Source of the DNA: Selaginella moellendorffii
Lineage: Eukaryota; Plantae; Lycopodiophyta
Assembly: GCF_000143415.4 (NCBI RefSeq)
Contig: NW_003314357.1
Location: forward strand, 455,795 to 519,794
Length of the DNA stretch: 64,000 nt
Reading direction: 5' to 3'
A program made the translations under genes and the position numbers. Shown piece after piece: positions 51,101-62,459 of the stretch. The notes under the pieces are model-generated. The model had not been told where the DNA came from. It did not search any database and was given only the letters and a program-made list of their open reading frames with translations. How positions within the stretch are numbered: the stretch's first letter is position 1; every line of letters starts with the position of its first letter.

Positions 51101-53088
51101 ATACCACATGTTGATTGACATCTGGCTGGTCCAATTTGCTCCCGTTGGGCTCAACCCGAGGGGTAGGGTGTCAAGAGAGCGGGGCTCTCGGGAGAGCTAC
51201 GGCTCTCAGCTTCCGTTCACGAGGGCATGAACTTGCAGGGAAGCGTGGTGAATTGTAAGCAACCAAAGAGAACGACTTGAGAGATGATCCATAGGGGTTC
51301 AAATATAGAAGGAAAGGGCCCATGAACAAGAGTGCACCCCCTTTTCCAATTGGTTAAGGGTCTTGGGATACTTGGGGTTAAGCGTCCTTGGGTTTGAATA
51401 GTACTGGGCTGGGTGACCTCCCGAGAAGTCCAAATTCAAGAGCTTACATACGACTCAGATGAAATCCAACACTACGGACTAAATGTAACCAAATGATATT
51501 GACAGAGGTAGAGTCGACATGCTAACATGAAAAACTCATGTAAGTCTACCAACACGATCCTCCGCAACACCATCCGGTAAAGCAAGCCCACCATTGCTAA
51601 ATCATCATCGAGTGAAGCAAGTGTCAACAGTTCTCGACAAAGTCTATAAGCAATCACTAGTCGCAAAGCAACTAATAATCACCCTTCAACTTGCCTTCAC
51701 AAGACCTAAACACCAACTCTTGTCATCAAGTTATATACTTGCCCAATATGAACGTGATACCCCAGGTACGAGATAAAAGTTCATAGACAAGCACAAACTA
51801 AATGACCACTCGAATCCAACTCAACCGCAATAAGCTCACTAAAACATTTAGTCACTACCTCTGAGCATGCCTTTGAAGAGGCTAGCTATACGATCAACAC
51901 TCAGTCGAAACTAAAGTGAAGACCATAAGATGGACTCATATCGGTACACAACCTCCTCATAAACAAAGCTATAGTACGGGTACTAACATCTCAACCTCAA
52001 ACAACTAAGTTGGACATCACCATCCTCAGCCAAGGCGCAGGGATACCAAGACTAAGTCAAGATCAGTGAGAGCTCACTACTCTCATAGAGTCTAACGTAA
52101 TGCAAGATGCAACCTGCCACTAAGCACAATGCTACAAAAAAAAAGGTACAAGGGTCACCTTTCTGAGAAAAGTGCACGGCCACTTTTCTACACCAACCTT
52201 AAACTCTATCCAACTCAATTGCCTTAGCCCCAAAAGTTAGTATCCCTTTTAGGCCGCATCATACAAACTACCTACCAAGGTTTAGGCTAGCCAAAGTCAA
52301 CTCTAACCCCTTCACTAGTTTGTATTGGCTTACGAAAGCGGAAAAGTTTTCAAGCAAAGTTATCAATAGATCAGCCATTGGAAAAGCCTAAGAAAATTTG
52401 TGGAAAATTTTCCATCCTAAAGAAAGAATGACTCTCAGTCCAGGAATGCAAACTTTCAAAACTCAACCAACTTCTGCCTACCTACTACTTCACATAAGTT
52501 CATCTCAACACAAATTCTCATGATCCAACAATGTGTCTAAGCATCGAACATCTTTGCCCATCTAATCGATATCCAACACCGACAACCGCAAAGTGCAAAA
52601 TGAATATCCAAGGCTTGATCACGAAGACCACATCTTCGGATATCCACATTGCACTAACACTCTTCTTCAATCACCTTCAAAATCCAATGTGAAGCCAAAA
52701 CACTAACAAGAAAAATAACATGGAAAATCAAGGTCCAAGGAAAATTCCTCATCACTTGAAATAACAATGCTACCTCCACTAACACAAGTGCTAGTGATGT
52801 CAATGCCCTAACTACACATTTTCTCCATCCAACAATCTACTCCAAGTGCTAACAGATCAACTGACGAGCTATAGCAAATGAATGCTACAACCCTTTTCCA
52901 ACACTTTAATGGGCAAACTCAAGGAAACAAGGTACCAACATAAGCTTAGCATAATGGACCATCATCGAGAATCTAGTCAAGGCTACTACAATGCTACTAT
53001 ATGCAAGTAGACTAGCTTCACCATCAACCACTTTGGGGTTGATCATCATTTATCCAAACAACTTCGTAAATATATTGCTCTGATACCA
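48192..53088 (-). mobile_element. Family A non-autonomous (LARD-like) LTR element: partial 3' LTR, PPT, decayed internal region, PBS
   Basis: LTR end ...TCGCGACA at 48545 followed by ctctccccccT (PPT); perfect iMet PBS TGGTATCAGAGC at 53077-53088 (minus); no long ORF; integrase-like remnants near 48640-48770. Confidence 0.7.
50804..51448 (+). mobile_element. Complete Cassandra-like TRIM with a 5S rRNA-derived segment in both LTRs
   Basis: LTRs 50804-50998 and 51254-51448 (TGTAA...TTACA); PBS TGGTAT(T/C)AGA duplicated at ~51001 and ~51051; purine tract before the 3' LTR; 5S-like segment at 50927-50981. Confidence 0.88.
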
Positions 53089-53599
53089 ACTATAGTGCAC
53101 TTTATCTCTCTCCCCTTAAGCCAACTGAAAAAGGGGCAATTGCTTGATGAGAGAGCCCTTAATGGTTATTTTATCCCCATTTATCCCCCAAGGTTTTAAA
53201 GATCCACGGTGACAGTATATCCAAATCTCATCCCATGATCACATGCGCTACAAAGCCCAAAGCTTGTGTTCCTCAGGGGGGGCTATGGGGGGTTCCAAAT
53301 ATATAGTAAGGATAGTGATTGGAATGCATGTTTAACCACCTAAGACATTAGTTTGGCTTCCGTCGGGCTATGTCGCTTCTTGTTCTATATCTAACTTGGG
53401 TCTAGGCCCAAGCTCCATGCTACTTTAGTTGGTGGGGTACCCTCCTTCTCGCATTATGCCACCAGTATACCAAAATCGTGCCAGACACTGTCTGACACTA
53501 TTTTGTGTATAGGTGTTGGATATGGGGAGTTGGTGCTTGTGGGATTGTATTGGACCCTCATTTTGTAGTGTAATGAGCTTAGAGTTTAGCTCTAAATTC

Positions 53600-54105
53600 A
53601 GGTGCGCTACAAACATTAATGCCAAACCATATAAAACAGCTCAAAAACACTATATTGACAATATGGCCGATTGCTAATTGGGTCATATTCACCTTAGATG
53701 AGATGGAAAATCTTGAGAAATCTAATTTCAATTTTGAGAGGATAAAAATTGGAGATAGAAGTGATAGAATTGACATTATTCCTATAAAGATGTAAAATAA
53801 TCTAGCAAGAAAAGGTAAAGTGCTTAAATTTATTTCTTCCATCTCAAAATAGAAGCAAGGAAATATAAACTTGGCTCACATGCTTAAGTGTGAAATTATC
53901 TCTATGAAGTTTATCATTGCACTTGCAAAGGAGTACATTCTCAAAAAAAAGATGGAGAGTAAAATAATTGCTATTTAAGACCTTTATTGCATATGTGTAA
54001 ACTTTATGAAGCATGAGGAATATGAGAAGGTGTATACTCCTTGCAAGCACATGTACTACATCTTTTATACCAAGATTCTAAAGTGGATATTTATGTACAC
54101 TAGAC
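53600..54105 (+). pseudogene. Second decayed copy of the MULE/SWIM gene 3' end
   Basis: Collinear with ~1610-2113 (aagcaagg..ataaacttggctca..., ccttgcaagcacatgtactaca). Confidence 0.8.
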
Positions 54106-54269
54106 ACTTTCTATAAATAGATAATAAGACCAAAATGGGAGTGATACATAGGGCATCATAGTGAGAGTGTTTAATAGACACAGTAAGTTATCACATAACA
54201 AATATTGAAGGACTAAGCTCAATATTGTAAGGGTTCCCAACATTAGTAAATTATAGTCCACATAGTTTT

Positions 54270-57200
54270 TGTCAAGACCCCCAACAAGATCAAGACTGGA
54301 AAATGCTAAAGACAAAGAGAAAAAGCTAGTGAAAACAAAGAAGAGGCCTTAGACTGGTGTTGATTCAGATTGTGGAGAAATGGAACAAGGCTAACCTATA
54401 TATACTATAGGTTGATGAAGCTCCACCACTCTTGGATCGAGGACAGCCTAAATACAGCTGAGGTCGAGGAGGCGCCACATCATCATCAGGAATGTGGCTC
54501 GAGACTCAGGAATCGGGAAGTGTCTCGAGACTCAGGAAATAGGGAAGTGTCTCGAGAGTCAGGAATAGAGAAGTGTCTCGAGAGTCAGGAATGTGGTCTG
54601 CAGGTCAGGAATCCGGCGAGAGTCAGGAATGTGGCAAGAATTGGGGGATTCCTGACAGCACCCCCTCCTCAAGAACGAGTGGAACAAGGATGTGAACGAG
54701 AACGAAGAGGAGGATGAGATGAGCGGCGAGGGATGGGAGATAGAGAAAAAGAATGAGGACTGGGACGAGAAGGATAGCGGCGGTGGAAGTCCTGAACAAG
54801 GTCAGGAGAATGAATCAGGTTGTCCGCAGGTTCCCAAGTGCGTTCCTCAGGTCCGTAACCCTTCCAGTCCACCAGATAGTAGAGTTTAGATCGTGAAATC
54901 TTGGAATCAAGGATGTCCTGAACCTCGTACTCAGACCCATCCTCGAGCTGCACTGGTGGAGGCGGAGGAATGACCCGATTTGGAATAGGACTGGGAATAT
55001 AAGGCTCAAGGAGAGAGGAGTGAAAAACGGGGTTAATTTGATATGAGGAGGGAAGTGCAAGGCGATAAGTGACAGGATTAATGATGGCAGTGATAGGGAA
55101 AAGACCAAGGCGTTTGAAATCGAGTTTTGGACAGGGCCTGGTGGTGGAGATATTTCGCCTGAGGAGCCAGACTTTATCCCCGATATTGTAAGGGGGACAA
55201 TCCTGACGATGGACATTGGCAAATGTTTTATGAGATTCCTGAGCACGATGGAGGTGGAAGGAGATGGAGTTGTGGATTTCCTGAAGGTTGGAGAGAAATG
55301 TTTCAGAGCGGGGATTTGAACGAGAGGATTCAGATGGAGAAGGAAGTGAGAGATTGAATCGGGGATTTCGGCCAGAGTTCGCAAAGAAGGGGGAAACTCG
55401 AAGAGAGGAGTGAACAGAGTTGTTATAGGAGAACTCAGCAAGGGGAAGGATATCGAACCAGTTATCCTGATGATAGTTGATGAAGCACCTCAAGAATTGT
55501 TCCAATGTCTGAATCGTTCGCTCGGACTGCCCATCAGTTTGAGGATGATATGCCGAAGAGAGGTTGGCCTTCACTCCAAGCAACTGCAAAAACCGTTGCC
55601 AGAAATGAGAGATGAACTGAGGCCCCCGATCCGAAACCACATCTATAGGAATCCCATGAAGTCGGAAAATTTCCCTGAATACCAGTTTTGCCATGTCCTC
55701 GCCCGAAAACTCCTTGGTACATGGCAAGAAGTGCGCCATCTTTGTGAAGCGATCCACCACGACTAAAATGCTGTTGAAGCCTCCAGAACTCGGAAGATCA
55801 CTCAAGAAATCCATGGAGATGGATTCCCAAGGACCTGAAGGGACCGGAAGGGAACGAAGCAAACCTGAAGGAAGGTGGCGAGGTACCTTATTCCGGGCAC
55901 AAGTGTCACAGGAGGTAACAAAAGCTTTGATGTAGTCGTCCATGTGAGGCCACCAAAAGTCCCGTGCAACTAGCTCATAAGTTTTCGCAATGCCGAAGTG
56001 ACCAGCAGTCGGGCTATCGTGGCACGCCATCAGGATCAACCTTCGAGCATCACCTTCAGGAACGTAAAGCTGCTCCCCACGGTACAATAAGCCATCTAAG
56101 AACTCGAACTCGTCAAATCGCCGGCAGTCGGGAGTCACTGGGTGTCCAGCCTGAAGATGGGGAAAAATGTCGCTAGCGAGATCATCGGATTGAAGATCGT
56201 TTCTGATTGCATCCATCAAGGAGGAGTCCTGAGGGGCCAGGGAAATTGCCATAACTTGAAGCCGATCAGGACCGAGGATAACTTGATCCTGTTGATCGAA
56301 GGCAGGATTACCAGGCCTGAGACTGAGATAGGAGCGCCTTGAAAGAGCATCAGGAAGGCCTTGAAACTTTCCAGGTCTGTACTTGATAACAAAGTCAAAC
56401 CGACTCAGGAATTGTGCCCACCTTGCTTGACGACGGCTTAAAACTCGGGAAGTGGCAAAGTACTCGAGATTTTTGTGATCCGTCCAGACTGTTGTTTGAT
56501 GGCTCGCTCCCTCCAAGAAACGGCGCCACTCTTCAAAGGAATCCACGATGGCAAGAAGCTCCTTGTTGTGGATTTCGTAATTGATCTCCGCAGGCTGGAA
56601 TTTCCGAGAATGGAAAGCGACCGGATGAAGTTCGTGATCCGCTCCGAGTTGAGATAGCACAGCACCAATGGCAAAGTCGGAGGCGTCAGCCTCGATGAAG
56701 AAAGGTTGTGAGGAATCAGCATGGATCAAGACAGGAGCAGAACTGAAGGCCGCCTTGAGTGTGTCAAAAGCCTGCTGGGCAGCAGCAGACCAAGAGAAGG
56801 GAACATCCTTGCGAGTGAGATGTGTGAGAGGAAGGACAATGTCAGAGTAGTGATCAATGAATTTGCGGTAGAAGTTGGTGAAGCCAAGGAAAACCTGAAC
56901 GTCTGACATTGATTGTGGAGGCTCCCATTCGAGAATAGTCTTGACTTTTGCAGGATCCATCGTGATACCCTCAGGAGTGACAATGTACCCAAGGAACTCC
57001 ACAGACTGCTGATCAAAGGAACATTTCTCAAGCTTCGCGTATAGGCCGTGTTCTCGCAGCTTCGCTAGCACCTTGCGAACATGTTCGTCATGCTCCTCCT
57101 GAGTTTTTGAGTAGATGAGGATGTCATCGAGGTAGACGATCACCATCTGATCAAGAAACTCCCGAAAAACGTCGTTCGCCATGTGTTGGAAAACCGCTGG

Positions 57201-58783
57201 AGCATTTGTCAAGCCAAATGGCATGACAGTGTACTCGAAGTGGCCATAGCGGGTTCGGAACGCAGTCTTCCATTCATCACCAGGCCGGATCCGGATCAGG
57301 TTGTATGCTCCACGGAGGTCGATCTTGGTGAAGAAGCGGGCACCGCCGAGGCGTTCCAACAGGTCCGAGATCAGGGGCAGCGGATAACGGTTCCGAACAG
57401 TCACCTTGTTCAAACCTCGGTAGTCGATGACTAGCCGCAAGCTCCCATCCTTCTTCTTGACAAAGAAGACAGGCGCTCCAGCCGGGGACTGCGAATGCTG
57501 AATGTAGCCCGAGGCAAGGTTCTCATCCACGTACTCTTTGAGGGCCTTAAGCTCGGACGGGGATAACCCGTAGATAGGCCCCACGGAGGTGACGCTCCTT
57601 CCTGTAAATCAATGGGACAATCATAAGGCCGATGAACAGGCAGTACACTAGCTTTTTTCTTGTCAAACACATCCCCAAAATCATGATACTTCTCAGGAAG
57701 ACTGACAGGAGAAACATGCAAAGCAAAAAGAAAAAGAGGTTCTTCATGAAGGAGTTCTTTCATAGTGATTGTGGAGATAGGAGGAGGAGTACGACTAAAT
57801 GGAATGATGAGACGAGGATACTGTCCAGTGTAAGATGGAAGAGAGAAAAAAGAAGAGGATGAAAACTGCGTAGAGTCAGGAACAGAACCCCGACTTGAGT
57901 TTAGGGAACTTTTCCTGATTCGGACTCGATGAACACCAGGGGAAGCCGTGGGAGATGGTGATGTGGGAGAGATGAGCTGTAAGTCCTTCCAACAAATCTG
58001 AGGCTGATGTAGTTGGAACCAAGGAAGACCGAGCACCACAGAGGAAGACTTGCTGTTGATGATGTTGAAGTGCAAAGATCAGCTCCATTTGATTCAAAAA
58101 TCCACGAAGCTCCGAACGCTTGCCTGAAAATTTCGCCGGGAAACTCACCTTCGGTTCAGGAACTTTGCTGGATCCTTGAGCCGAAAGTGAAGCAAGCTCC
58201 TGCTGCATGCGAAGAAGGGTCGCCTTCAGCTCGGTATTCTCAGACTGGATTTTTGCAAGGACTTCGGCAAAGAAATCAGGATGGCTTGGAGACTCCATTG
58301 GCAAGAAGAAAGAAAAGAAAGGGGGGAAAAGACAAAGGCAATCAAATAATCAAAACAAGCTAAAAGAAAAGCAAAAAACACAATCTGAATCAAACTGTCA
58401 AGACCCCCAACAAGATCAAGACTGGAAAATGCTAAAGACAAAGAGAAAAAGCTAGTGAAAACAAAGAAGAGGCCTTAGACTGGTGTTGATTCAGATTGTG
58501 GAGAAATGGAACAAGGCTAACCTATATATACTATAGGTTGATGAAGCTCCACCACTCTTGGATCGAGGACAGCCTAAATACAGCTGAGGTCGAGGAGGCG
58601 CCACATCATCATCAGGAATGTGGCTCGAGACTCAGGAATCGGGAAGTGTCTCGAGAGTCAGGAAATAGGGAAGTGTCTCGAGAGTCAGGAATAGAGAAGT
58701 GTCTCGAGAGTCAGGAATGTGGTCTGCAGGTCAGGAATCCGGCGAGAGTCAGGAATGTGGCAAGAATTGGGGGATTCCTGACA
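54270..58783 (-). mobile_element. Very young chromovirus (Tcn1/Tf1-like Ty3/gypsy) with gag-protease deletion
   Basis: 388-bp LTRs 54270-54657 and 58396-58783, one visible substitution; TSD GTTTT (54265-54269 and 58784-58788); PPT 54658-54673; RT YLDD, RH ADASD/TDH, IN, chromodomain YEVQDILDS...YLVDWKGY...TWEP. Confidence 0.97.
54669..57584 (-). CDS. Pol RT-RNase H-integrase-chromodomain ORF (971 aa), frameshifted from the upstream protease remnant
   Basis: Uninterrupted ORF; junction PPWG/PIY lacks one base near 57580. Confidence 0.9.
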   Translation of the reverse strand: MGPIYGLSPSELKALKEYVDENLASGYIQHSQSPAGAPVFFVKKKDGSLRLVIDYRGLNKVTVRNRYPLPLISDLLERLGGARFFTKIDLRGAYNLIRIRPGDEWKTAFRTRYGHFEYTVMPFGLTNAPAVFQHMANDVFREFLDQMVIVYLDDILIYSKTQEEHDEHVRKVLAKLREHGLYAKLEKCSFDQQSVEFLGYIVTPEGITMDPAKVKTILEWEPPQSMSDVQVFLGFTNFYRKFIDHYSDIVLPLTHLTRKDVPFSWSAAAQQAFDTLKAAFSSAPVLIHADSSQPFFIEADASDFAIGAVLSQLGADHELHPVAFHSRKFQPAEINYEIHNKELLAIVDSFEEWRRFLEGASHQTTVWTDHKNLEYFATSRVLSRRQARWAQFLSRFDFVIKYRPGKFQGLPDALSRRSYLSLRPGNPAFDQQDQVILGPDRLQVMAISLAPQDSSLMDAIRNDLQSDDLASDIFPHLQAGHPVTPDCRRFDEFEFLDGLLYRGEQLYVPEGDARRLILMACHDSPTAGHFGIAKTYELVARDFWWPHMDDYIKAFVTSCDTCARNKVPRHLPSGLLRSLPVPSGPWESISMDFLSDLPSSGGFNSILVVVDRFTKMAHFLPCTKEFSGEDMAKLVFREIFRLHGIPIDVVSDRGPQFISHFWQRFLQLLGVKANLSSAYHPQTDGQSERTIQTLEQFLRCFINYHQDNWFDILPLAEFSYNNSVHSSLRVSPFFANSGRNPRFNLSLPSPSESSRSNPRSETFLSNLQEIHNSISFHLHRAQESHKTFANVHRQDCPPYNIGDKVWLLRRNISTTRPCPKLDFKRLGLFPITAIINPVTYRLALPSSYQINPVFHSSLLEPYIPSPIPNRVIPPPPPVQLEDGSEYEVQDILDSKISRSKLYYLVDWKGYGPEERTWEPADNLIHSPDLVQDFHRRYPSRPSPHSFSLSPIPRRSSHPPLRSRSHPCSTRS

Positions 58784-58788
58784 GTTTT

Positions 58789-59540
58789 CACCTTTTATCC
58801 TATAGTGATTTATTATAGGATAACCATGAAACGGAACCTAAAGCTTTTATATGCCACATATCACATATAATATGCCACATGCTATGTGTCCAAAGATAGC
58901 AAAGTGGAACTTGAGTTTCAAAGCCTTGGGCCACTAAATGAAGGTATGGAGCTAAACTCCCAAGCTTACAACTAAGGAGCAAAAGAACCAGAGCACACAG
59001 TAATTCCTGAGTGTTCAGCCCAAACAATTAAGGGATAAGAGTACGGAGCGATATTCAGTTTTAAAGTTTCTAGCATCCCAATGCTAAGACTAGTACACAA
59101 AATAGAGCCAAATAGAGTTTGGCACTATTTCAACATACCGGTGGCTTAAAGTGAGGATATGGGTACTCCATCAGCTAATATAGTATGGAACTTAGGCTTA
59201 GACTCAATCTGTCTGGATATAAAACAAAGATAAGCATGTAAATAGAAGCTAAACTATGCCTTAGATTGATCGGCCATACCTAACTTACCCACTATCTTTA
59301 CTATACATTTAGAACCCCCTACACCCCCCTTGAGGAAGGTATGCTTTGGGATTTCACCCTTAATACTAAGAGTTAATCTTTGGATAAGTTTGAAACTTAT
59401 TAAATATAGAATGGTGCTAGATTGTACATTTGAATATAGGAACAACACCATCGTATTCAGAATGATCTCTATATTTCATAGATATGCCAAATTAGCAATT
59501 CTAGACACTTTCATAAATAGCCAATAGGACCAAATAGAAC
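58789..59540 (-). mobile_element. Family A LTR, target of the young chromovirus (continues from ~54252)
   Basis: Rejoined site tatagtccacata-GTTTT-caccttttatcc matches the family A LTR terminus at 13569. Confidence 0.75.
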
Positions 59541-60899
59541 TGTTAAAGTGTGGCACCTCAATCCACCTCTTCTCTATGGCTTTACTCACGTCCTAATCTT
59601 TCTCTCTCCAGGGTACAAAGCACAGAACCCTTGATATTTCACCCTTACAAAGCTTTTATATAACCATTTGAAATATTCTCTCCCTCTCTCAAAATGCCCA
59701 CAACTATAATTGGGGTGTAGGAGTAGGAGTGAGAGTAAGGAGAGTAGGAGTAAGAGTTGGAGTAAAAGTAAGAGGAAGAGGAATAGGAGTGGGAGCAGGA
59801 GTAAGAGTAAATTGCTACAACTACAGCAGGTGACTATGGTGGATTGTTACAAGCTCTAATGTGGCGAGAATCCATAACCAAACTGAAGAAGTCTGATGCC
59901 AAGAGCTGGTAACTGCTGCAAATGGTAGAAACAAGAAAAGACAAAAGAAAAGAAAAGAAAGAGAAAATGCTATAAAGGTGAAAAAGAAAATGGAGTGTGA
60001 AGTTCTAGGTTGGGAAAACCACATGGGAAAAACTCTAAACCAAGACTGGATGCTCAAGTCAAGAAACGTGAAAAAGAGAGAAAAATAAAGAAAAAGAAGA
60101 AAAAAGAAGGAAAACAAGGCACGAACCCAAACTCTAGCCTCATAAGTCCCCAAACTGCCAAAAAGTTCCTTGAACATGCCTAACTCACCCCTAAAGTTCT
60201 AGGGAAGAAAGTGAAAGAGATGAAGATTGTGGCCCAAAAGGTGATGGGATGAGTGGAATGAAGGCCGCATTATGGTAGATGATAGAGAAAAAGACTATGC
60301 GTGATGTGATGTAACAAGATTGGAAGTAACAGCTAATATGCCATCAGAATTTAATGTAGTGCATGGTGCAACCCAAGATGAAATGGCTTTTATGGCTAAA
60401 CACAGCTAGAAGTAGATGGATTGAGGATTTTTGTCTGCTCCATTGATGAGTGTTTGGATGCCTGCAAGCCCAACCGACTGAAGAAAAGAGTTGGATTGTC
60501 CTTGGATTTGCCGCAAGTTTTTATGTTGTGATGGTTTGAGTTGTATCTTTTGTCTCTGACGTCCAAAAAATGTGATTTTTGTTGCGTTGTATTGTTGAAA
60601 GTCTTCCAGATAGAGTGATGTTGAAAGATCCCAAATAACATATATGCATGGTGTGGAAATGATGAAAAACCGAGAGGGTATTTGTGATGATGGAATGCAG
60701 TGATTGTGAAAGTGAATAGAGTGATGATTTATGAATGTAAGTGGATGGAAATGAAGAAAAGGATGTATTCCTGAAAGTGATAGAGACAAAAACCTGGGAA
60801 CCAAGGGGAAAGGCCAAAAGATGAACAAACTCCCAGACGAGTGGAGTTAAGGCCATCTCAAGGCTGAAATCCAAGCTTGAGCTTGTGTTGGTACCTGAT

Positions 60900-62110
60900 A
60901 AGACATGAGAAACAAGTGAAAACAACAAAGAAAAGAAAAGAAAATGAAAAGAAAGGAAAGAGGTCACCAGATGGCCTTGAGGTGGCTGTGGTTATGAGCA
61001 TGGGGAAGCTCATGACCATCCTCAATGTTGAGCAAAGTTTCCTTGCCCTTTCCATAGGGTGCTTGCTGCAACATGGCCTTGAGCTTGAGAAAGCCATCAT
61101 TGGAGAGAGGGAGGGTGAGATCTCCAGCGCCCTCCACTCACAAGGAGGCAGGCATGACAAATTTGCTTGCATCAACCTCACCTCCCGTGGTGCCAGGACT
61201 GCCTCATCAAATTGAAGGCAGAGCCTAGGTGTAAGAACCATGACCAAGACACTATTGGATGAAGAATGATCCCTACCACCTCAGAGAGAATTTGAGTGGT
61301 GGATTAAAGTAAGTGGTCATGCCATTGGTGAGGATGATCAGCCATTAGCTTGCCAAGGATGAACTTTAAGGTCTTGTTGGAGGACTCTACCTGGCCGTTC
61401 GCTTAAGGGAAATGGCTATTACTCAAAGTGTGTTGAACGTCCAACCTTTCCATGAGATGCTCAACAACTTGGCCCAAGAATGCTCCTCCACAATTGGAAA
61501 TGAAGACTACTGGGATGCCGAATCTGCAAAAAATTGATTCATAGAGGAACTTTGCTGTGGAAAGTTGATCTGCATATTAAAGAGGAACTGCTTCCACCCA
61601 CATTTGCACACAGTTTCTCTTTAATGGATAAGAGTTGAGAATCTCTTTTCTCTTTGCATTATGTGGCTGGATTCCATCACAAAAGATATCAAAACAGAGG
61701 AGGCAGCCTTTGGTGATGCCGAACTTACACTTCACCGGGTTGAGAACGAATTGATGATGTCAGCAATGGAGGAAAACTTGCTCCAAGTGGTGAAGGTGGT
61801 CATCAAATGTGGTGGAGGCCAGGCAGAGATCGTCCATGTATACTTGAAGAGTGTCCCTCAGAATATCATGGAATGCATAAGTCATAAACCGCTGGAATAT
61901 GGCTCCTACATTGCAAAGCCCGAATGGCAACACATTGTATGCAAATACCCTCTAAGGTGTCTTGAATGCTTTGAGCTCACGACCATCTAGATGGATGAAA
62001 GTTGGTTATAGCCCAAGAACCCATCCATAAAAGAGTAGAAGTGACGGCCTACTAACTCATCAATGACAGAGTCCACAAAAGGCATGGGAAAATGATCTCG
62101 TAGTGCAAAA
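60900..62110 (-). mobile_element. Decayed non-chromovirus gypsy (Athila/Tat-like) RT and integrase fragment
   Basis: Minus-strand DHFPMPFVD, YSFMDGFLGYNQ, FGLCNVGAIFQR, VYMDD; integrase FGIP...ESSNKTLK remnants. Confidence 0.75.
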
Positions 62111-62459
62111 CTGATATCACAAATTGCTTGTTATAATTATGGCAGATTTTTTTCTATGTATACTCCAAGATGTAGAAGCAATGAATTTTAAAAATAATTT
62201 ACTTATTTATTCAATTTAACTAATTAAATAAAGGCAAAGACATCAACTTTAAAGTCCTTGAGCAACAAAAAAGAAAGATATTCCAACTTTATTCACCCTC
62301 CTTTTATCACTGGTTAGGGGTATTTAACGTTACCATTTTACTTTAAAGTATGATATTTCTTAGGGTTCTTTAATGTTTTGAACGAGGCGGGAGCTTTGAT
62401 CGTCGATCGCGGCGGCGAGCAATGTGAAGGAGTGGAATGCGGGTAAGAGAAGAGGGTTG

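Noticed and set aside
50799-51453. TSD for the Cassandra element
   Set aside because: Flanks CACAT and TACGA do not match, so no TSD is claimed
54485-54635. Possible CRISPR-like array
   Set aside because: No unique spacers, eukaryotic LTR context, no cas genes
54370-54717. 115/124-aa ORFs duplicated at 54370 and 58496
   Set aside because: Antisense frames through the LTR sub-repeats, non-ATG start
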